Below are positions 1-10,242 of a stretch of 64,000 nt of DNA, one piece after another (the stretch's first letter is position 1; every line of letters begins with the position of its first letter). Source of the stretch: an uncultured Ardenticatenaceae bacterium. Its GTDB lineage: Bacteria; Chloroflexota; Anaerolineae; Promineifilales; Promineifilaceae. The notes under the pieces are model-generated. The model searched no databases, was not told the origin of the DNA, and saw nothing but the letters and a program-made list of their open reading frames with translations. The translations under genes and the position numbers were made by a program. The stretch is from NCBI GenBank assembly GCA_964602995.1, contig CAZRTM010000003.1, forward strand, positions 17,142 to 81,141, given 5' to 3'.

Positions 1-956
1 ATGATACGGTCTCGGTCGATATCTATGCTGGAGAACCGGGGAGTGCGGTGACGCAGCGGCCTTACCTCTTCCGCGCTACTGGTTCAAAGTTGCGCTTTGC
101 CGGTTTCCTGGCGCTTTATGAGGAGACCGAGCCTGAAGACCGGCCAGAAGATGCGGAAGTGGAAGTGCCGACCGATCTGGAAGAGGGCGAACACCTCGAT
201 ATGTTGCAGCTCCTGCCGCAACAGCACTTCACACAGCCGCCGCCCCGTTACACGGAAGCGACACTGGTGAAAGAGCTGGAGGAGAACGGTGTGGGACGAC
301 CCAGCACCTATGCCTCCATCATCTCCACGGTGCAACAGCGTGGCTATGTGGAGACAGATGAAAACAAGCGGCTGGTGCCGACGGAAACTGGCGAGACCGT
401 GAACGACCTCCTGGTGCAATATTTTCCTAACGTTATGTCTGTCGATTTCACCGCGCGCATGGAAGATGAGCTGGACGATATTGCCCAGGGCAAAGCCTGG
501 GTGCCGGTTGTGGCCGAATTCTATTCTGATTTCGAGCGCAATTTGAAAGTAGCCGAAGAGGATATGCCCAAGGTTAAGCAGGCTGAGGAGGTGGGACGTG
601 CCTGTCCTCAGTGTGGTAAACCGCTGCTCTACCGCCACGGCCGTTACGGCAGATTCATCGGCTGCAGCAACTTCCCCAAGTGCCGCTATACGGAGCAGAT
701 TCTGGAGAAGGTGGGTGTCGAGTGCCCCAACTGTGGCGGTGACCTGATCGTGAAGAAGACACGCCGCAAGCGTACTTTCTATGGCTGCGAGAACTATCCA
801 GAGTGTGAATGGACCAGTTGGAAGAAGCCCCTGCCACAGCCGTGCCCCAAGTGCGGTGGATTGCTTGTGCAGGCGAGCAAGACGGAGAGTGAATGCACCA
901 ACTGTGGTGAGCGCCACTCGTTGCGTGAGCTTGAGCGCCGGGCAGAACATGCCTGA
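1..956 (+). CDS. topA: DNA topoisomerase I, C-terminal part (5' end outside window)
   Basis: Frame is open to the window edge. Contains GVGRPSTYASIISTVQQRGYV, followed by three zinc-ribbon repeats (CPQCGK..C..C, CPNCGG..C..C, CPKCGG..C..C). Confidence 0.85.
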   Translation, partial: DTVSVDIYAGEPGSAVTQRPYLFRATGSKLRFAGFLALYEETEPEDRPEDAEVEVPTDLEEGEHLDMLQLLPQQHFTQPPPRYTEATLVKELEENGVGRPSTYASIISTVQQRGYVETDENKRLVPTETGETVNDLLVQYFPNVMSVDFTARMEDELDDIAQGKAWVPVVAEFYSDFERNLKVAEEDMPKVKQAEEVGRACPQCGKPLLYRHGRYGRFIGCSNFPKCRYTEQILEKVGVECPNCGGDLIVKKTRRKRTFYGCENYPECEWTSWKKPLPQPCPKCGGLLVQASKTESECTNCGERHSLRELERRAEHA

Positions 957-996
957 ACCGCGGTGAGCCACGACCTATAAATCAATTGAACATAGT

Positions 997-1024
997 CAGG
1001 GCTCCGGAGCTACCCGGGGCCCTG
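997..1024 (+). terminator. Putative hairpin downstream of topA
   Basis: CAGGGCTCCGG-agctac-CCGGGGCCCTG forms an 11-bp stem with one mismatch. It is followed by attctat, a weak U-tract. Confidence 0.3.
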
Positions 1025-1048
1025 ATTCTATACAGATAGCGAGGAGGC

Positions 1049-2731
1049 GTGTTGGAAAAGCAGGAGCAATCAGCAGCAACGGCCAGGAGGGTAGTAGAGC
1101 ATGTGTGGCCCTTGCTTTTTATTGCGCCGCTGGTTTTTCTGGCGCTCTTCTTCTTCTTCCCGCTGGGCAACATCCTGCGTCTGAGCCTGACGTATGATGC
1201 CTTCGCGCGCTTCATCACCACCCCTTACTACCTTGACATCCTTTGGTTTACCATCTGGCAGGCAGCGCTCTCTACATTGCTGACTCTGGCGTTGGGATTG
1301 CCCGCAGCCTATCTCTTCGCCCGTTATGAGTTCAAAGGGAAAGCTTTGCTTCGCTCCCTGACAACGGTGCCGTTCGTGATGCCGACGGTAGTGGTGGCCG
1401 CCGCATTTCGCGCACTGCTGGGAAGTAACGGGCCGTTGAACCAGGCTTTAATGGCTTTGGGGGATTTCCAGCAACCGCCCATTCGGCTGGAGCAGACGCT
1501 GACCATTATTCTCATGGCCCATGTCTTTTACAATGTCACCATCGTGATTCGGCTGGTCGGTGGCTTCTGGGCCAGCCTCAATTTACACACCGTGGAGGCC
1601 GCGCGCATGCTGGGCGCGACACCGTTCACCGCCTTCCGTGAGGTGACGCTGCCGTTGCTGCGCCCCTCCCTCATTGCCTCTTCTCTTCTGATTTACCTTT
1701 TCACCTTTACCAGTTTTGGTGTGATTCTGCTCCTGGGCGGCCCTGGGTACAGCACCCTGGAGACCGAAATTTACCGGCAATATATTACTTTCCTGCGCCC
1801 TGATGTAGCTGCCGTGCTATCCCTGCTGCAGATCATCTTCACCTTTATCCTGATGTCTCTCTACGCTCGCTGGCAGCAGCGCAGTACAGTGGCCCTTGAC
1901 TTCAGACCTCAGAGCGCGAACACGCACCGCCCAAAAACCATGTTTGAGAAAGGATCTGTGGTTGTCATCATCGGCGGCCTGTTGCTTTTCGAGGTGACGC
2001 CCCTTCTGACGTTGGCCGTGCGCTCGTTCACGGCGCGTGATGGTTCGTTCACCCTGGCATATTACAAGGCGCTGCCAGTGCTGGAGCGGGGTAGCGTGAC
2101 CTTTGTGCCGCCGTTAATTGCTGTTCGCAACTCAATTGCCTATGGCATACTGACGGTGGTGCTGGCCGTCTTGCTGGGGGCGATTAGTGCGCGGTTGCTG
2201 GCACGCAGCGGGCGGTGGCGTAGCTGGTTGGATCCGATCTTTATGCTGCCCCTGGGTGCGTCGGCTGTGACGCTGGGATTTGGCTACGTTGTCAGTTTTG
2301 ATCAGCTTCGCACTTCGCCGTTGCTGGTGCTCATTGCCCATACACTGGTGGCCTTCCCCTTTGTTGTGCGCACTGTGCTGCCAGTGTTGCAGGGTATTCA
2401 GCCCAGCCTGCGAGAAGCGGCTGCGATATTAGGGGCTTCCCCGCTGCGAGTATGGCGTGAAGTTGATCTGCCGATTGTGGGGCGCGCCTTGCTGGTGGCT
2501 GCCGTTTTTGCCTTCACCGTAAGTATTGGCGAGTTTGGCGCGACCAGTTTTATTGTTCGTCCCAATAGCGGCTATCTCACGATGCCGATTGCCATTGCAC
2601 GCTACCTGGGGACGCCTGGCGCCCTAAACTTTGGTCAGGCGCTGGCTATGAGTACAATTCTCATTGCTGTGACAGCCGTCGGCTTTATCGCCATCGAGCG
2701 CTTCCGCATCGGCGACGTTGGGGAATTCTAG
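1049..2731 (+). CDS. ABC transporter permease, duplicated (two-module) ThiP/FbpB-like
   Basis: 560 aa and highly hydrophobic, with two tandem binding-protein-dependent permease modules. The ATPase gene follows 3 nt downstream. The exact start is uncertain because the SD GAGGAGG lies very close to GTG 1049. Confidence 0.8.
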   Translation: MLEKQEQSAATARRVVEHVWPLLFIAPLVFLALFFFFPLGNILRLSLTYDAFARFITTPYYLDILWFTIWQAALSTLLTLALGLPAAYLFARYEFKGKALLRSLTTVPFVMPTVVVAAAFRALLGSNGPLNQALMALGDFQQPPIRLEQTLTIILMAHVFYNVTIVIRLVGGFWASLNLHTVEAARMLGATPFTAFREVTLPLLRPSLIASSLLIYLFTFTSFGVILLLGGPGYSTLETEIYRQYITFLRPDVAAVLSLLQIIFTFILMSLYARWQQRSTVALDFRPQSANTHRPKTMFEKGSVVVIIGGLLLFEVTPLLTLAVRSFTARDGSFTLAYYKALPVLERGSVTFVPPLIAVRNSIAYGILTVVLAVLLGAISARLLARSGRWRSWLDPIFMLPLGASAVTLGFGYVVSFDQLRTSPLLVLIAHTLVAFPFVVRTVLPVLQGIQPSLREAAAILGASPLRVWREVDLPIVGRALLVAAVFAFTVSIGEFGATSFIVRPNSGYLTMPIAIARYLGTPGALNFGQALAMSTILIAVTAVGFIAIERFRIGDVGEF

Positions 2732-2734
2732 ATC

Positions 2735-3859
2735 TTGACTGATTCCACGTTTCTCGAGCTGCAAAATGTTGTGAAGAGCTTCGGCGGGCCGCCCGTCTTG
2801 CGTGATATTTCGTTGCAGATTGAGGCCGGTGAGATTGTGGCGCTGTTGGGGCCAAGTGGCAGTGGCAAGACGACGCTGCTGAGGGTCATCGCCGGTTTGG
2901 AAAGCGCGGATAGCGGCAGGATATGGCTGGAGGGGCGCGATTTAACTGAGATAGCGGTCCATGAGCGCGGATTCGGTATGGTATTCCAGCAGTACGCGCT
3001 CTTTCCTCATAAGAACGTGGCTGAGAATGTGGCCTTTGGACTGCGAATGTTGGATTGGCCGCGCCCGCAGATTGCGGAGCGGGTGCAGCAAATGCTCAAC
3101 CTGGTGGGGCTTGAAGGGTTTGGCAATCGTGCTGTGTATGATCTTTCTGGTGGCGAGCAGCAGCGGGTAGCCCTGGCTCGAGCGTTAGCGCCTTCTCCGC
3201 GGCTCCTGCTGCTGGATGAGCCGCTGGGCGCGCTGGACCGGGCGTTGCGCGAGCGGCTGATGGGCGAGCTACGGGCCATTCTGAGCGAAGCCGAAGCGTT
3301 GAGCGACCGGCCTGAGGGCATGACGGCGATTTACGTTACCCACGATCAGGCGGAGGCATTCGCGGTATCTGACCGCGTCATTGTTCTGGAAGACGGGTGC
3401 ATCGTGCAGGATGATCCGCCCGTCGAATTATATCGCCATCCACGTACTCCATTTGTCGCTCGTTTCATTGGCATGGAAAATCTCTTCGACGCAAAGGTAG
3501 TCTCACGCGATCCGCCTGTGGCCTACAGCGCGCTGGGAGAACTGCAACTTGCCGAGATTCCGGATGGCTTTGGCGAGGCAGATGAAGCGGTTCTGCTGGT
3601 GCGGCCGGAGGCGGGCCATCTGGCCAATTCAGACGGGGCCGAACCGAATGTGGTGCGAGGTACGCTGGAATCGGTTTCGTTCCGCGGCCGGTACCAGCAG
3701 GCGACGATTGCGGTCGGCGCAGAGGGAGCGCGGCTGAAGCTGGAATTCGAGCCAACAGAGCTGCTGCCAGAACCCGGGAGCGCTCTTGCCGTGACGCTGG
3801 CGCCCGAAGCAGTTGTTCTGCTGCAGAATGGAGGGACGGATGGTGATTGTATTAGTTAG
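2735..3859 (+). CDS. ABC transporter ATP-binding protein (PotA/FbpC-like, with C-terminal TOBE-like extension)
   Basis: Walker A GPSGSGKTT, signature LSGGEQQRVALARAL and Walker B LLLLDEPL. Confidence 0.9.
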   Translation: MTDSTFLELQNVVKSFGGPPVLRDISLQIEAGEIVALLGPSGSGKTTLLRVIAGLESADSGRIWLEGRDLTEIAVHERGFGMVFQQYALFPHKNVAENVAFGLRMLDWPRPQIAERVQQMLNLVGLEGFGNRAVYDLSGGEQQRVALARALAPSPRLLLLDEPLGALDRALRERLMGELRAILSEAEALSDRPEGMTAIYVTHDQAEAFAVSDRVIVLEDGCIVQDDPPVELYRHPRTPFVARFIGMENLFDAKVVSRDPPVAYSALGELQLAEIPDGFGEADEAVLLVRPEAGHLANSDGAEPNVVRGTLESVSFRGRYQQATIAVGAEGARLKLEFEPTELLPEPGSALAVTLAPEAVVLLQNGGTDGDCIS

Positions 3860-3886
3860 AATGTTGTAAAAAGAGAAGGGGCATGG

Positions 3887-3916
3887 TTGTCACCGCCGTA
3901 CGCAGGGTCGTATAAT
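3887..3916 (+). promoter_or_regulatory. Sigma-70-type promoter candidate for the rseP-like gene
   Basis: TTGTCA-18 nt-TATAAT, about 50 nt upstream of ATG 3966. Confidence 0.45.
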
Positions 3917-3965
3917 CGATCTGATAAGAGCGTATTAATGTCATTTCCCAGCCAGGAAAAACCTG

Positions 3966-5027
3966 ATGTCTATTTTGTGGATGGTGGGCGCATTCGCCCT
4001 GATTCTGACACCGATAATCTTCATTCATGAGCTTGGGCACTTTGTGTCCGCCCGACTCTTTAACATTCGTGTTGAGGAATTTGGGCTTGGGTTTCCACCG
4101 CGAGCAGTCAAGCTGTTTGAACGGAACGGTACTATTTATTCGCTGAACTGGATTCCGCTCGGTGGATTTGTGCGTCCGGCGGGTGAGGATGACCCTTCTG
4201 TTCCCGGCGGTCTTGCTGCCGCTTCCAAGACAGCGCGCTTTTTCACACTTTCGGCGGGAGCAATCGCCAACTTTATACTGGCCTTCGTGGTCTTCTGGTT
4301 TGCGTTCATCATCGGTCCCTCGGCCGTCGTGGTCGAAGGAGTGCAGAGTGATTCACCGGCAATGAGCGCCGGTTTGCTGCAGGGTGATGTGATTATGGAG
4401 ATCAACGGCCAGGTCGTTGAAAACAGCAGCATCCTGGTGAACGAAGTGACGGAAAACGCGGGAGAAGAAGTTGAGCTTCTTATCCGGCGTGACGGTGAGG
4501 AGATGACGCTCAACGTGGTGCCGCGCCGCCCAGGGGAATATGACCCTGCTGTAGATGGGCCGATTGGCATTAGCCTGGGCTACACAACCAGTGACCGGCT
4601 GGCGCGAGGGCCAATTGACGCCGCCGCCGCTTCCGTGCGCAGCATTGGCGAAATTATCTATCTGACGGTGCGGGCGCCTCTCATGCTCCTTGAGGGTGAG
4701 ATTACGCCCGAACAGGCGCGCCCAGTCGGCCCCGTCGGTATCAGCCAGATTGCGGGCGAGACGGCGCGCTACACGGCTGCAACTGGTGACTGGTTCCAGC
4801 TCCTGCGTATTACGGCGTTTATCAGCGTTGCGTTGGGATTCACTAATTTGCTTCCAATCCCGGCTTTGGACGGGGGACGGTTGTTGTTTGTCCTCCTGGA
4901 AGCCGTGCGCGGTCGCCGTATCGAGCCTGAGCGCGAGGGTATGGTCCACCTGGTGGGGATGCTCTTCTTACTGGGCTTGATGTTTTTACTCATCATTCAG
5001 GATATTACAAATCCAATCATACAGTAA
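3966..5027 (+). CDS. rseP: RseP-like site-2 (M50) intramembrane zinc metalloprotease with PDZ domain
   Basis: HELGH zinc motif in the first TM segment, a central PDZ-like segment, and the NLLPIPALDGG motif. Confidence 0.85.
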   Translation: MSILWMVGAFALILTPIIFIHELGHFVSARLFNIRVEEFGLGFPPRAVKLFERNGTIYSLNWIPLGGFVRPAGEDDPSVPGGLAAASKTARFFTLSAGAIANFILAFVVFWFAFIIGPSAVVVEGVQSDSPAMSAGLLQGDVIMEINGQVVENSSILVNEVTENAGEEVELLIRRDGEEMTLNVVPRRPGEYDPAVDGPIGISLGYTTSDRLARGPIDAAAASVRSIGEIIYLTVRAPLMLLEGEITPEQARPVGPVGISQIAGETARYTAATGDWFQLLRITAFISVALGFTNLLPIPALDGGRLLFVLLEAVRGRRIEPEREGMVHLVGMLFLLGLMFLLIIQDITNPIIQ

Positions 5028-5995
5028 TGAATATGGACCACAGACAATTACCTTTTGAGACCGTTCTGACGAGACTATTTACAGACAGTGCGGTTCCCAT
5101 TTCTCTAATCTATCGCCTTTCGGATATGACACCGGAGGAGCTATTGACTTTCTGCGAGCGCTGGCGCGATCAGGACGATGAGCGCAGGCGTGTGATCGCG
5201 CGCCATATGGCCGATATCAGCGAAGAGAATTTTGTCGTTGATTTCAGCCCGGCGTTTCTTGAGCTGCTGGCTGACAGATCTGAAGAAGTTCGTCTGGCGG
5301 CGCTGGACGGGCTTTGGGATACGAGTAACCTCAGCGTAGTTGACCCTATTATCGGGCTTATGCGTTCTGACGTGGCCCTGGAAGTGCGCGCAGCTGCAGC
5401 ATCGGCATTGGGGCACTTTGTCCTGCTTGGTGAATGGAACCAGATCAGCCAGTCAATCGCCGATCGGATTGTGGACGCCCTGCTGGAAGAATATACGCGG
5501 GGTGATGTTCCCGAAGCTGTGCAGCGGGCGACTCTGGAGTCGCTGGGCAATGCGGCCCATCCTCGCCTGCCCGAGCTGATTGACGAGGCGTACCGGCATG
5601 GTGGAGAAGCGCTACAACTGAGTGCGATCTTTGCGATGGGGCGCAGCGCCGACCGGCGTTGGACGCCGATTATCCGCGATGAGCTGGAAAGCCCTGTTGC
5701 TGAGATGCGCATGGAGGCAGCGCGTGCGGCCGGTAGCATTGGCGATAGTGATACGGTAGACCGCCTGATTGAATTGCTGGACGATGAAGATCTGGAGGTC
5801 CAGTTGGCGGCGATTGACGCTCTGGCGCGTATCGGGAGCGACCAGGCTTATGAGGCGCTGGTGGCTAAAATGGAAGATCCAGACGCTTCTGTCCTCTACG
5901 AGGCGCTGGAAGAAGCCTTAGACGAGATAGAATGGCTGGGCGGAGACATTGACCTGAGTATGTTTGAATGGGACGAGGACGGGCCGGAAGCATAG
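5027..5995 (+). CDS. HEAT-repeat protein
   Basis: Repeated VR.AAA.ALG / D..V...AI.AL helical repeats and an acidic C-terminus. Start overlaps the upstream stop (TAATG). Confidence 0.65.
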   Translation: MNMDHRQLPFETVLTRLFTDSAVPISLIYRLSDMTPEELLTFCERWRDQDDERRRVIARHMADISEENFVVDFSPAFLELLADRSEEVRLAALDGLWDTSNLSVVDPIIGLMRSDVALEVRAAAASALGHFVLLGEWNQISQSIADRIVDALLEEYTRGDVPEAVQRATLESLGNAAHPRLPELIDEAYRHGGEALQLSAIFAMGRSADRRWTPIIRDELESPVAEMRMEAARAAGSIGDSDTVDRLIELLDDEDLEVQLAAIDALARIGSDQAYEALVAKMEDPDASVLYEALEEALDEIEWLGGDIDLSMFEWDEDGPEA

Positions 5996-6046
5996 CCGGC
6001 CCAGTCCCGACCTGACCTCTAACGACACTACTCCCCGCATCATTAC

Positions 6047-6958
6047 GTGAATGGCATCCTTGAAGTCATAGTCAATAACATTGTTCCTATTTTCCTGGTC
6101 GCGGCGCTGGGCTTCTGGTTGCGCCGCAGCCAGAACCTCGACCCTCGCCCTGTCGCAAGCGTTGTTTTTAACGGTTTCAGTCCGGCGCTGGTTTTCTCAG
6201 CCCTCGTTGGTTCGGAACTTGCTATCGGGGAAATTGCCCAACTCAGCCTCTTCACGGTTCTGACCATTCTCGCGATGGGGCTGGTTGGTGTGCTGGCGGG
6301 GCGTGTGCTGGGCCTTTCTCGTGCCCATACCATCGTGCTCCTGTTGATGCTGATGTTTGTGAACAGCGGCAACTATGGCCTGACTCTAAACCAGATTCGT
6401 TATGGTGAGGATGGCTTATCCAGAGCCATTGTCTACTATACGGTGAGCACGATTCTCGTCTATACGCTGGGCGTCTTCATTGTCTCTATGGGGCGCCAAA
6501 ACTGGACGGAGGCTCTGCGAGGGCTGGCCCGTGTTCCTGCTATCTATGCCGTGGTGTTGGCGCTGTTGGTTTATACTCTTGGCATTCCGGTTCCGGGACC
6601 GCTAATGAGCGCCATCGACGTGGCTGCCGCGGGGGCTATTCCGGCGATGATCGTCGTTCTGGGCATGAACATTGCCGAGCTGCCGGACCTGACTCATATG
6701 CGCCTTATGGCACCTGCTGTATCCTTGCGCCTCATTGTGGGGCCGCTGATAGCGCTTCTGATTGCTGCTTTGTTGGGTCTCAGCGGCATTGGCAGGGCGA
6801 CGTCGATTATTGAGGCCAGTATGCCGCCTGCCGTACTGACGACTGTGCTGGCCACGGAGTTTGAACTGGAACCGGCGCTGGTTACCAGCATAGTCGTCTT
6901 GTCAACCTTGCTCAGTCCGATTACACTGGCGCTGTTCATCAACCTGTTCACCTTGTAG
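6047..6958 (+). CDS. AEC (auxin efflux carrier) family transporter
   Basis: 303 aa polytopic membrane protein with the typical AEC N-terminus (ILEVIVNNIVPIFLVAALGF). Confidence 0.75.
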   Translation: MNGILEVIVNNIVPIFLVAALGFWLRRSQNLDPRPVASVVFNGFSPALVFSALVGSELAIGEIAQLSLFTVLTILAMGLVGVLAGRVLGLSRAHTIVLLLMLMFVNSGNYGLTLNQIRYGEDGLSRAIVYYTVSTILVYTLGVFIVSMGRQNWTEALRGLARVPAIYAVVLALLVYTLGIPVPGPLMSAIDVAAAGAIPAMIVVLGMNIAELPDLTHMRLMAPAVSLRLIVGPLIALLIAALLGLSGIGRATSIIEASMPPAVLTTVLATEFELEPALVTSIVVLSTLLSPITLALFINLFTL

Positions 6959-6966
6959 GAAGCCAC

Positions 6967-8184
6967 GTGAAAACAGCGGTATCTCTACATCGGAAGGTTG
7001 CCTTCAGCCTGGGGGTCTGTTTCTTGTTGTTCCTCTGCCTCAGTGGTGGGGTTGCACGGGCACAAGAGGAGTCCTATCAGGCTCAAAGCGAAGCCTCATA
7101 TACGTTCGGGCAAAGCATGCATTTCTTGCTGCGGGTGAAAAATCGAGTACCAATCACCGGAGCCACTCTCTTTTTTAACACACCGGAAATGACCAGCACC
7201 TACGTGGTGGACTTTGACGTGGAAGTGGCCACGGAAGTTGAGCTGCGACATGATTTGGCGCTGACACAACTGCGACTGGCGCCGTTTACGACTGTTCGTT
7301 ACTGGTGGCGAGTGGTCACCGAGGATGGCGCTTTCACCGTTGAAGAAAAGACGCTGGAATATATTGACGACCGCTTCCAGTGGCAGACGCTTGAAACGGT
7401 TGAAGAAGAGGGCATAACGGTTAATTGGACTGCCGCAGATAGCAGCCTGGGCCAGTCAGCCCTGGACGTGGTGGCTGAAGCACGGCCGCGGCTAGAGGAG
7501 ATTTTTACGTCTGATCTGACGCCAGTTGAAATTTACATCTATCCGTCGATGGCCGACCTGCGCACGGCGCTGAGGCTGACCGGGCGCGATTGGGTTGGAG
7601 CCGATGCCATACCGGAGCTTAACGTCGTCCTGGCAACGGCGGTCAATCCGCGAACGGCGTCAATCGACCTGGGGCAAAGCATCCCCCATGAGTTAAGCCA
7701 TCTTTTGCTATACCGCATGTCTGGTGCGAACTATGAAGACGTGCCGCTGTGGTTTGACGAGGGGCTGGCAACGCTTATGGAAAGCTCGGCCAATCTGGGT
7801 TACGAGGACGTTCTGGAACAGGCTATAGCTGCCAACAGTACGATTCCGCTGGCAGAACTGTGTCAAAGCTGGCCGGCCGCTGAAGCGCAGGCGCGCCTGG
7901 CCTATGCCCAGAGCGCGTCGGTGGTGCGCTTTATCCGTTCTGAGTACGGTAACCGCACTCTACAGGAAATGGCGCACGTCTTTGCCGATGGGGCAGATTG
8001 TGAATCAGGCGTGCGGCGCGCGCTGGGCCTTTCGGCGAGTGAACTGGAGAATGCCTGGCTGCAACGAGAGCAGCCAGTTTCGGCCGTGCAGCGCATCTGG
8101 CAGGAGTATGCCCTGTGGATCCTGTTGATGGGGGGCGGTTTTGGTATGATGGGATTGTTGTTATTACCAATCCGGAGAAAGTAG
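6967..8184 (+). CDS. Secreted/anchored peptidase MA-like metalloprotein
   Basis: N-terminal signal peptide, HELSH zinc-protease-type motif and a C-terminal TM anchor. Confidence 0.55.
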   Translation: MKTAVSLHRKVAFSLGVCFLLFLCLSGGVARAQEESYQAQSEASYTFGQSMHFLLRVKNRVPITGATLFFNTPEMTSTYVVDFDVEVATEVELRHDLALTQLRLAPFTTVRYWWRVVTEDGAFTVEEKTLEYIDDRFQWQTLETVEEEGITVNWTAADSSLGQSALDVVAEARPRLEEIFTSDLTPVEIYIYPSMADLRTALRLTGRDWVGADAIPELNVVLATAVNPRTASIDLGQSIPHELSHLLLYRMSGANYEDVPLWFDEGLATLMESSANLGYEDVLEQAIAANSTIPLAELCQSWPAAEAQARLAYAQSASVVRFIRSEYGNRTLQEMAHVFADGADCESGVRRALGLSASELENAWLQREQPVSAVQRIWQEYALWILLMGGGFGMMGLLLLPIRRK

Positions 8185-8191
8185 GAAGACG

Positions 8192-8704
8192 ATGAGTGAC
8201 GAGCAATTTATGAATCTCCTGCGCCTGGGCACGCAGTTGTTGCGCCAGGGTAAGTCTGAGGATGCATTGCCGCTCCTCAGGCGTGCACATGAACTGGAGC
8301 CTTCTAATTTTGACGCGGCCCTTAATCTGAGCGGCGCATACATCTTGCAGAAGCGGTTCAAGCAGGCAATACCTATTCTTGAGGCATTGCGCGATGAAGA
8401 GCCGGAAAACGCGATGATCTGGATCAATCTAGGCGCCGCCTATCTGGGCAATCCAATCCTGGCGACCGACGAGCAGCAGCAGAAGGCGATTGATGCCTTT
8501 AAGCAGGCACACGAGTTGCAGCCGGGGACGCACAATGTGGCCTATAACATTGGGCTGGTGTATCGCGACCGTAAAGAGACCAGCGAAGCGATTCAGTGGT
8601 TTGAAAGGGCGTTGGAAATCAATCCAGATGACAGACATGCCCATAACATTCTGAAGAAGCTTCGTGATGGGGAGCGGCCCGACGCGGACCGGCCAACTGA
8701 GTAA
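8192..8704 (+). CDS. Tetratricopeptide (TPR) repeat protein
   Basis: Repeated 34-residue A..NLG.AY...G....A...F..AL pattern. Confidence 0.75.
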   Translation: MSDEQFMNLLRLGTQLLRQGKSEDALPLLRRAHELEPSNFDAALNLSGAYILQKRFKQAIPILEALRDEEPENAMIWINLGAAYLGNPILATDEQQQKAIDAFKQAHELQPGTHNVAYNIGLVYRDRKETSEAIQWFERALEINPDDRHAHNILKKLRDGERPDADRPTE

Positions 8705-8826
8705 CCCATCATATTATATTAATCTACTTATGCTACAATGAATGCCAGTGTAAATGGAATCTTACGGTCCCTTGCTGGTTTCGCTGAGCATGAATTTTCG
8801 CCAGGCGCGAACCCTGGGGATCCGAG

Positions 8827-10230
8827 ATGGAGGATATGCGGAACAAAAAAGAGCTGATTGTTATTGGGGGTGGGCTGGCCGGCAGTGAAGCAGCGTGGCA
8901 GGCTGCGGAGCGAGGAATACGGGTCAAACTGTATGAGATGCGCCCGCAGCGCGAAACACCAGCACATGTGACTGACCAGCTTGCGGAGCTTGTTTGCAGT
9001 AATTCCCTTGGTTCTACCGTTACAACAAAAGCACCGGGCCTGCTGAAAGCGGAGATGCGCGGGCTGGGGTCGATGATCCTGGATTGCGCCACGCGTGCGG
9101 CCGTGCCGGCCGGCTCTTCGCTGGCCGTGGATCGCGAGAAATTTGCGACACTGGTTACGGAGCGGATCGAGAGCCATCCGAACATTGATGTGATCCGCGA
9201 GGAAGTGACGGCCATTCCACAAACCCCAACCATTATTGCCACCGGACCACTGACGTCTGACGCACTGGCGGCTGAGTTGGCGGGCCTCTCCGGACAGGAA
9301 TATCTCTACTTCTACGACGCGCTCTCTCCCATTGTCAGCTATGAGAGCATCAATATGGAGAAAGCGTTCCGCGCATCGCGCTATGAAAAGGGTGAACAGG
9401 AAGAAGGGGATTACATCAACTGTCCGATGACAGAGGAAGAGTACAACGCCTTCAATGATGCGCTGGTGGAGGCTGAGCAGATAACCTTGCGCGAATTTGA
9501 GCGCGAAGATGCCCATTTCTTTGAAGGCTGTCTGCCAATAGAAGTTATCGCACGGCGTAACCGTGATTCGCTGCGCTTTGGCCCGATGCGCCCCGTTGGC
9601 CTGGAAAACCCGCACACTGGCAAGCGCCCCTACGCTGTAGTTCAGCTACGACAGGATAACCTGGCAGGCACACTCTACAATCTGGTGGGTTTCCAGACGA
9701 ACTTAAGATGGGGCGAACAGCGGCGCATCCTGCGCATGATCCCGGGCCTGGAAGAGGCCGAATTCATGCGTTATGGCATGATGCACCGTAACACCTACAT
9801 CAATGCGCCAGAGCTACTGCAACCCACCATGCAATATCGCAACCGGGCCGACCTGTTCTTCGCCGGCCAGATTACGGGGGTTGAAGGTTACGTTGGCAAT
9901 GCGGGTACCGGCTTGCTTGCGGGCATTAATGCAGCCCGATTCCTGCTTGGCGAGCATCCGGTGATTCTTCCGGCGACGACGATGCTGGGCGCGCTGGCCC
10001 ACTATGTGACTCACGCAGAGGCGAAAAATTTCCAGCCGATGAAGGCTAACTTCGGCCTCTTGCCCATGCCCGAGCATCGAATGCACAAGAAGGAGCGCTA
10101 TGAATATTACACACATCGCGCCCTGACCACATTGCGCCGCTTCGCCCGTGATCGTCGCCTGGAATATGACCGGGAAGCAGCCGAGTCGGAAGCACCCGGT
10201 GCTGAAGTTGTGACGCCAGAATATGCCTGA
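8827..10230 (+). CDS. trmFO: Methylenetetrahydrofolate-tRNA-(uracil-5)-methyltransferase TrmFO
   Basis: N-terminal FAD fold [24 protein letters not shown] with full-length Gid/TrmFO-like sequence. Confidence 0.9.
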   Translation: MEDMRNKKELIVIGGGLAGSEAAWQAAERGIRVKLYEMRPQRETPAHVTDQLAELVCSNSLGSTVTTKAPGLLKAEMRGLGSMILDCATRAAVPAGSSLAVDREKFATLVTERIESHPNIDVIREEVTAIPQTPTIIATGPLTSDALAAELAGLSGQEYLYFYDALSPIVSYESINMEKAFRASRYEKGEQEEGDYINCPMTEEEYNAFNDALVEAEQITLREFEREDAHFFEGCLPIEVIARRNRDSLRFGPMRPVGLENPHTGKRPYAVVQLRQDNLAGTLYNLVGFQTNLRWGEQRRILRMIPGLEEAEFMRYGMMHRNTYINAPELLQPTMQYRNRADLFFAGQITGVEGYVGNAGTGLLAGINAARFLLGEHPVILPATTMLGALAHYVTHAEAKNFQPMKANFGLLPMPEHRMHKKERYEYYTHRALTTLRRFARDRRLEYDREAAESEAPGAEVVTPEYA

Positions 10231-10242
10231 GGTCGTTGCCTG

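Noticed and set aside
84-971. 295-aa minus-strand ORF antisense to topA. Similar long antisense ORFs occur at 4353-4949, 8728-9615, 11817-12485, 13022-13582, 20247-20807, 22235-22942, 24053-24691, 28430-29053, 35353-35922, 39169-39840, 41550-42197, 49037-49613 and 60446-61342.
   Set aside because: Each lies entirely inside a gene with clear family motifs on the opposite strand. Their translations are low-complexity and rich in R, A, S, P and G, as expected for shadow frames in GC-rich DNA, and none has a recognisable motif or an SD.
957-1048. TPP riboswitch upstream of the ThiP-like permease.
   Set aside because: The spacer is only about 90 nt, lacks the CUGAGA and ACCUGAUCUGGAUAAUGCCAGCG-type core, and is mostly occupied by a terminator-like hairpin for topA.
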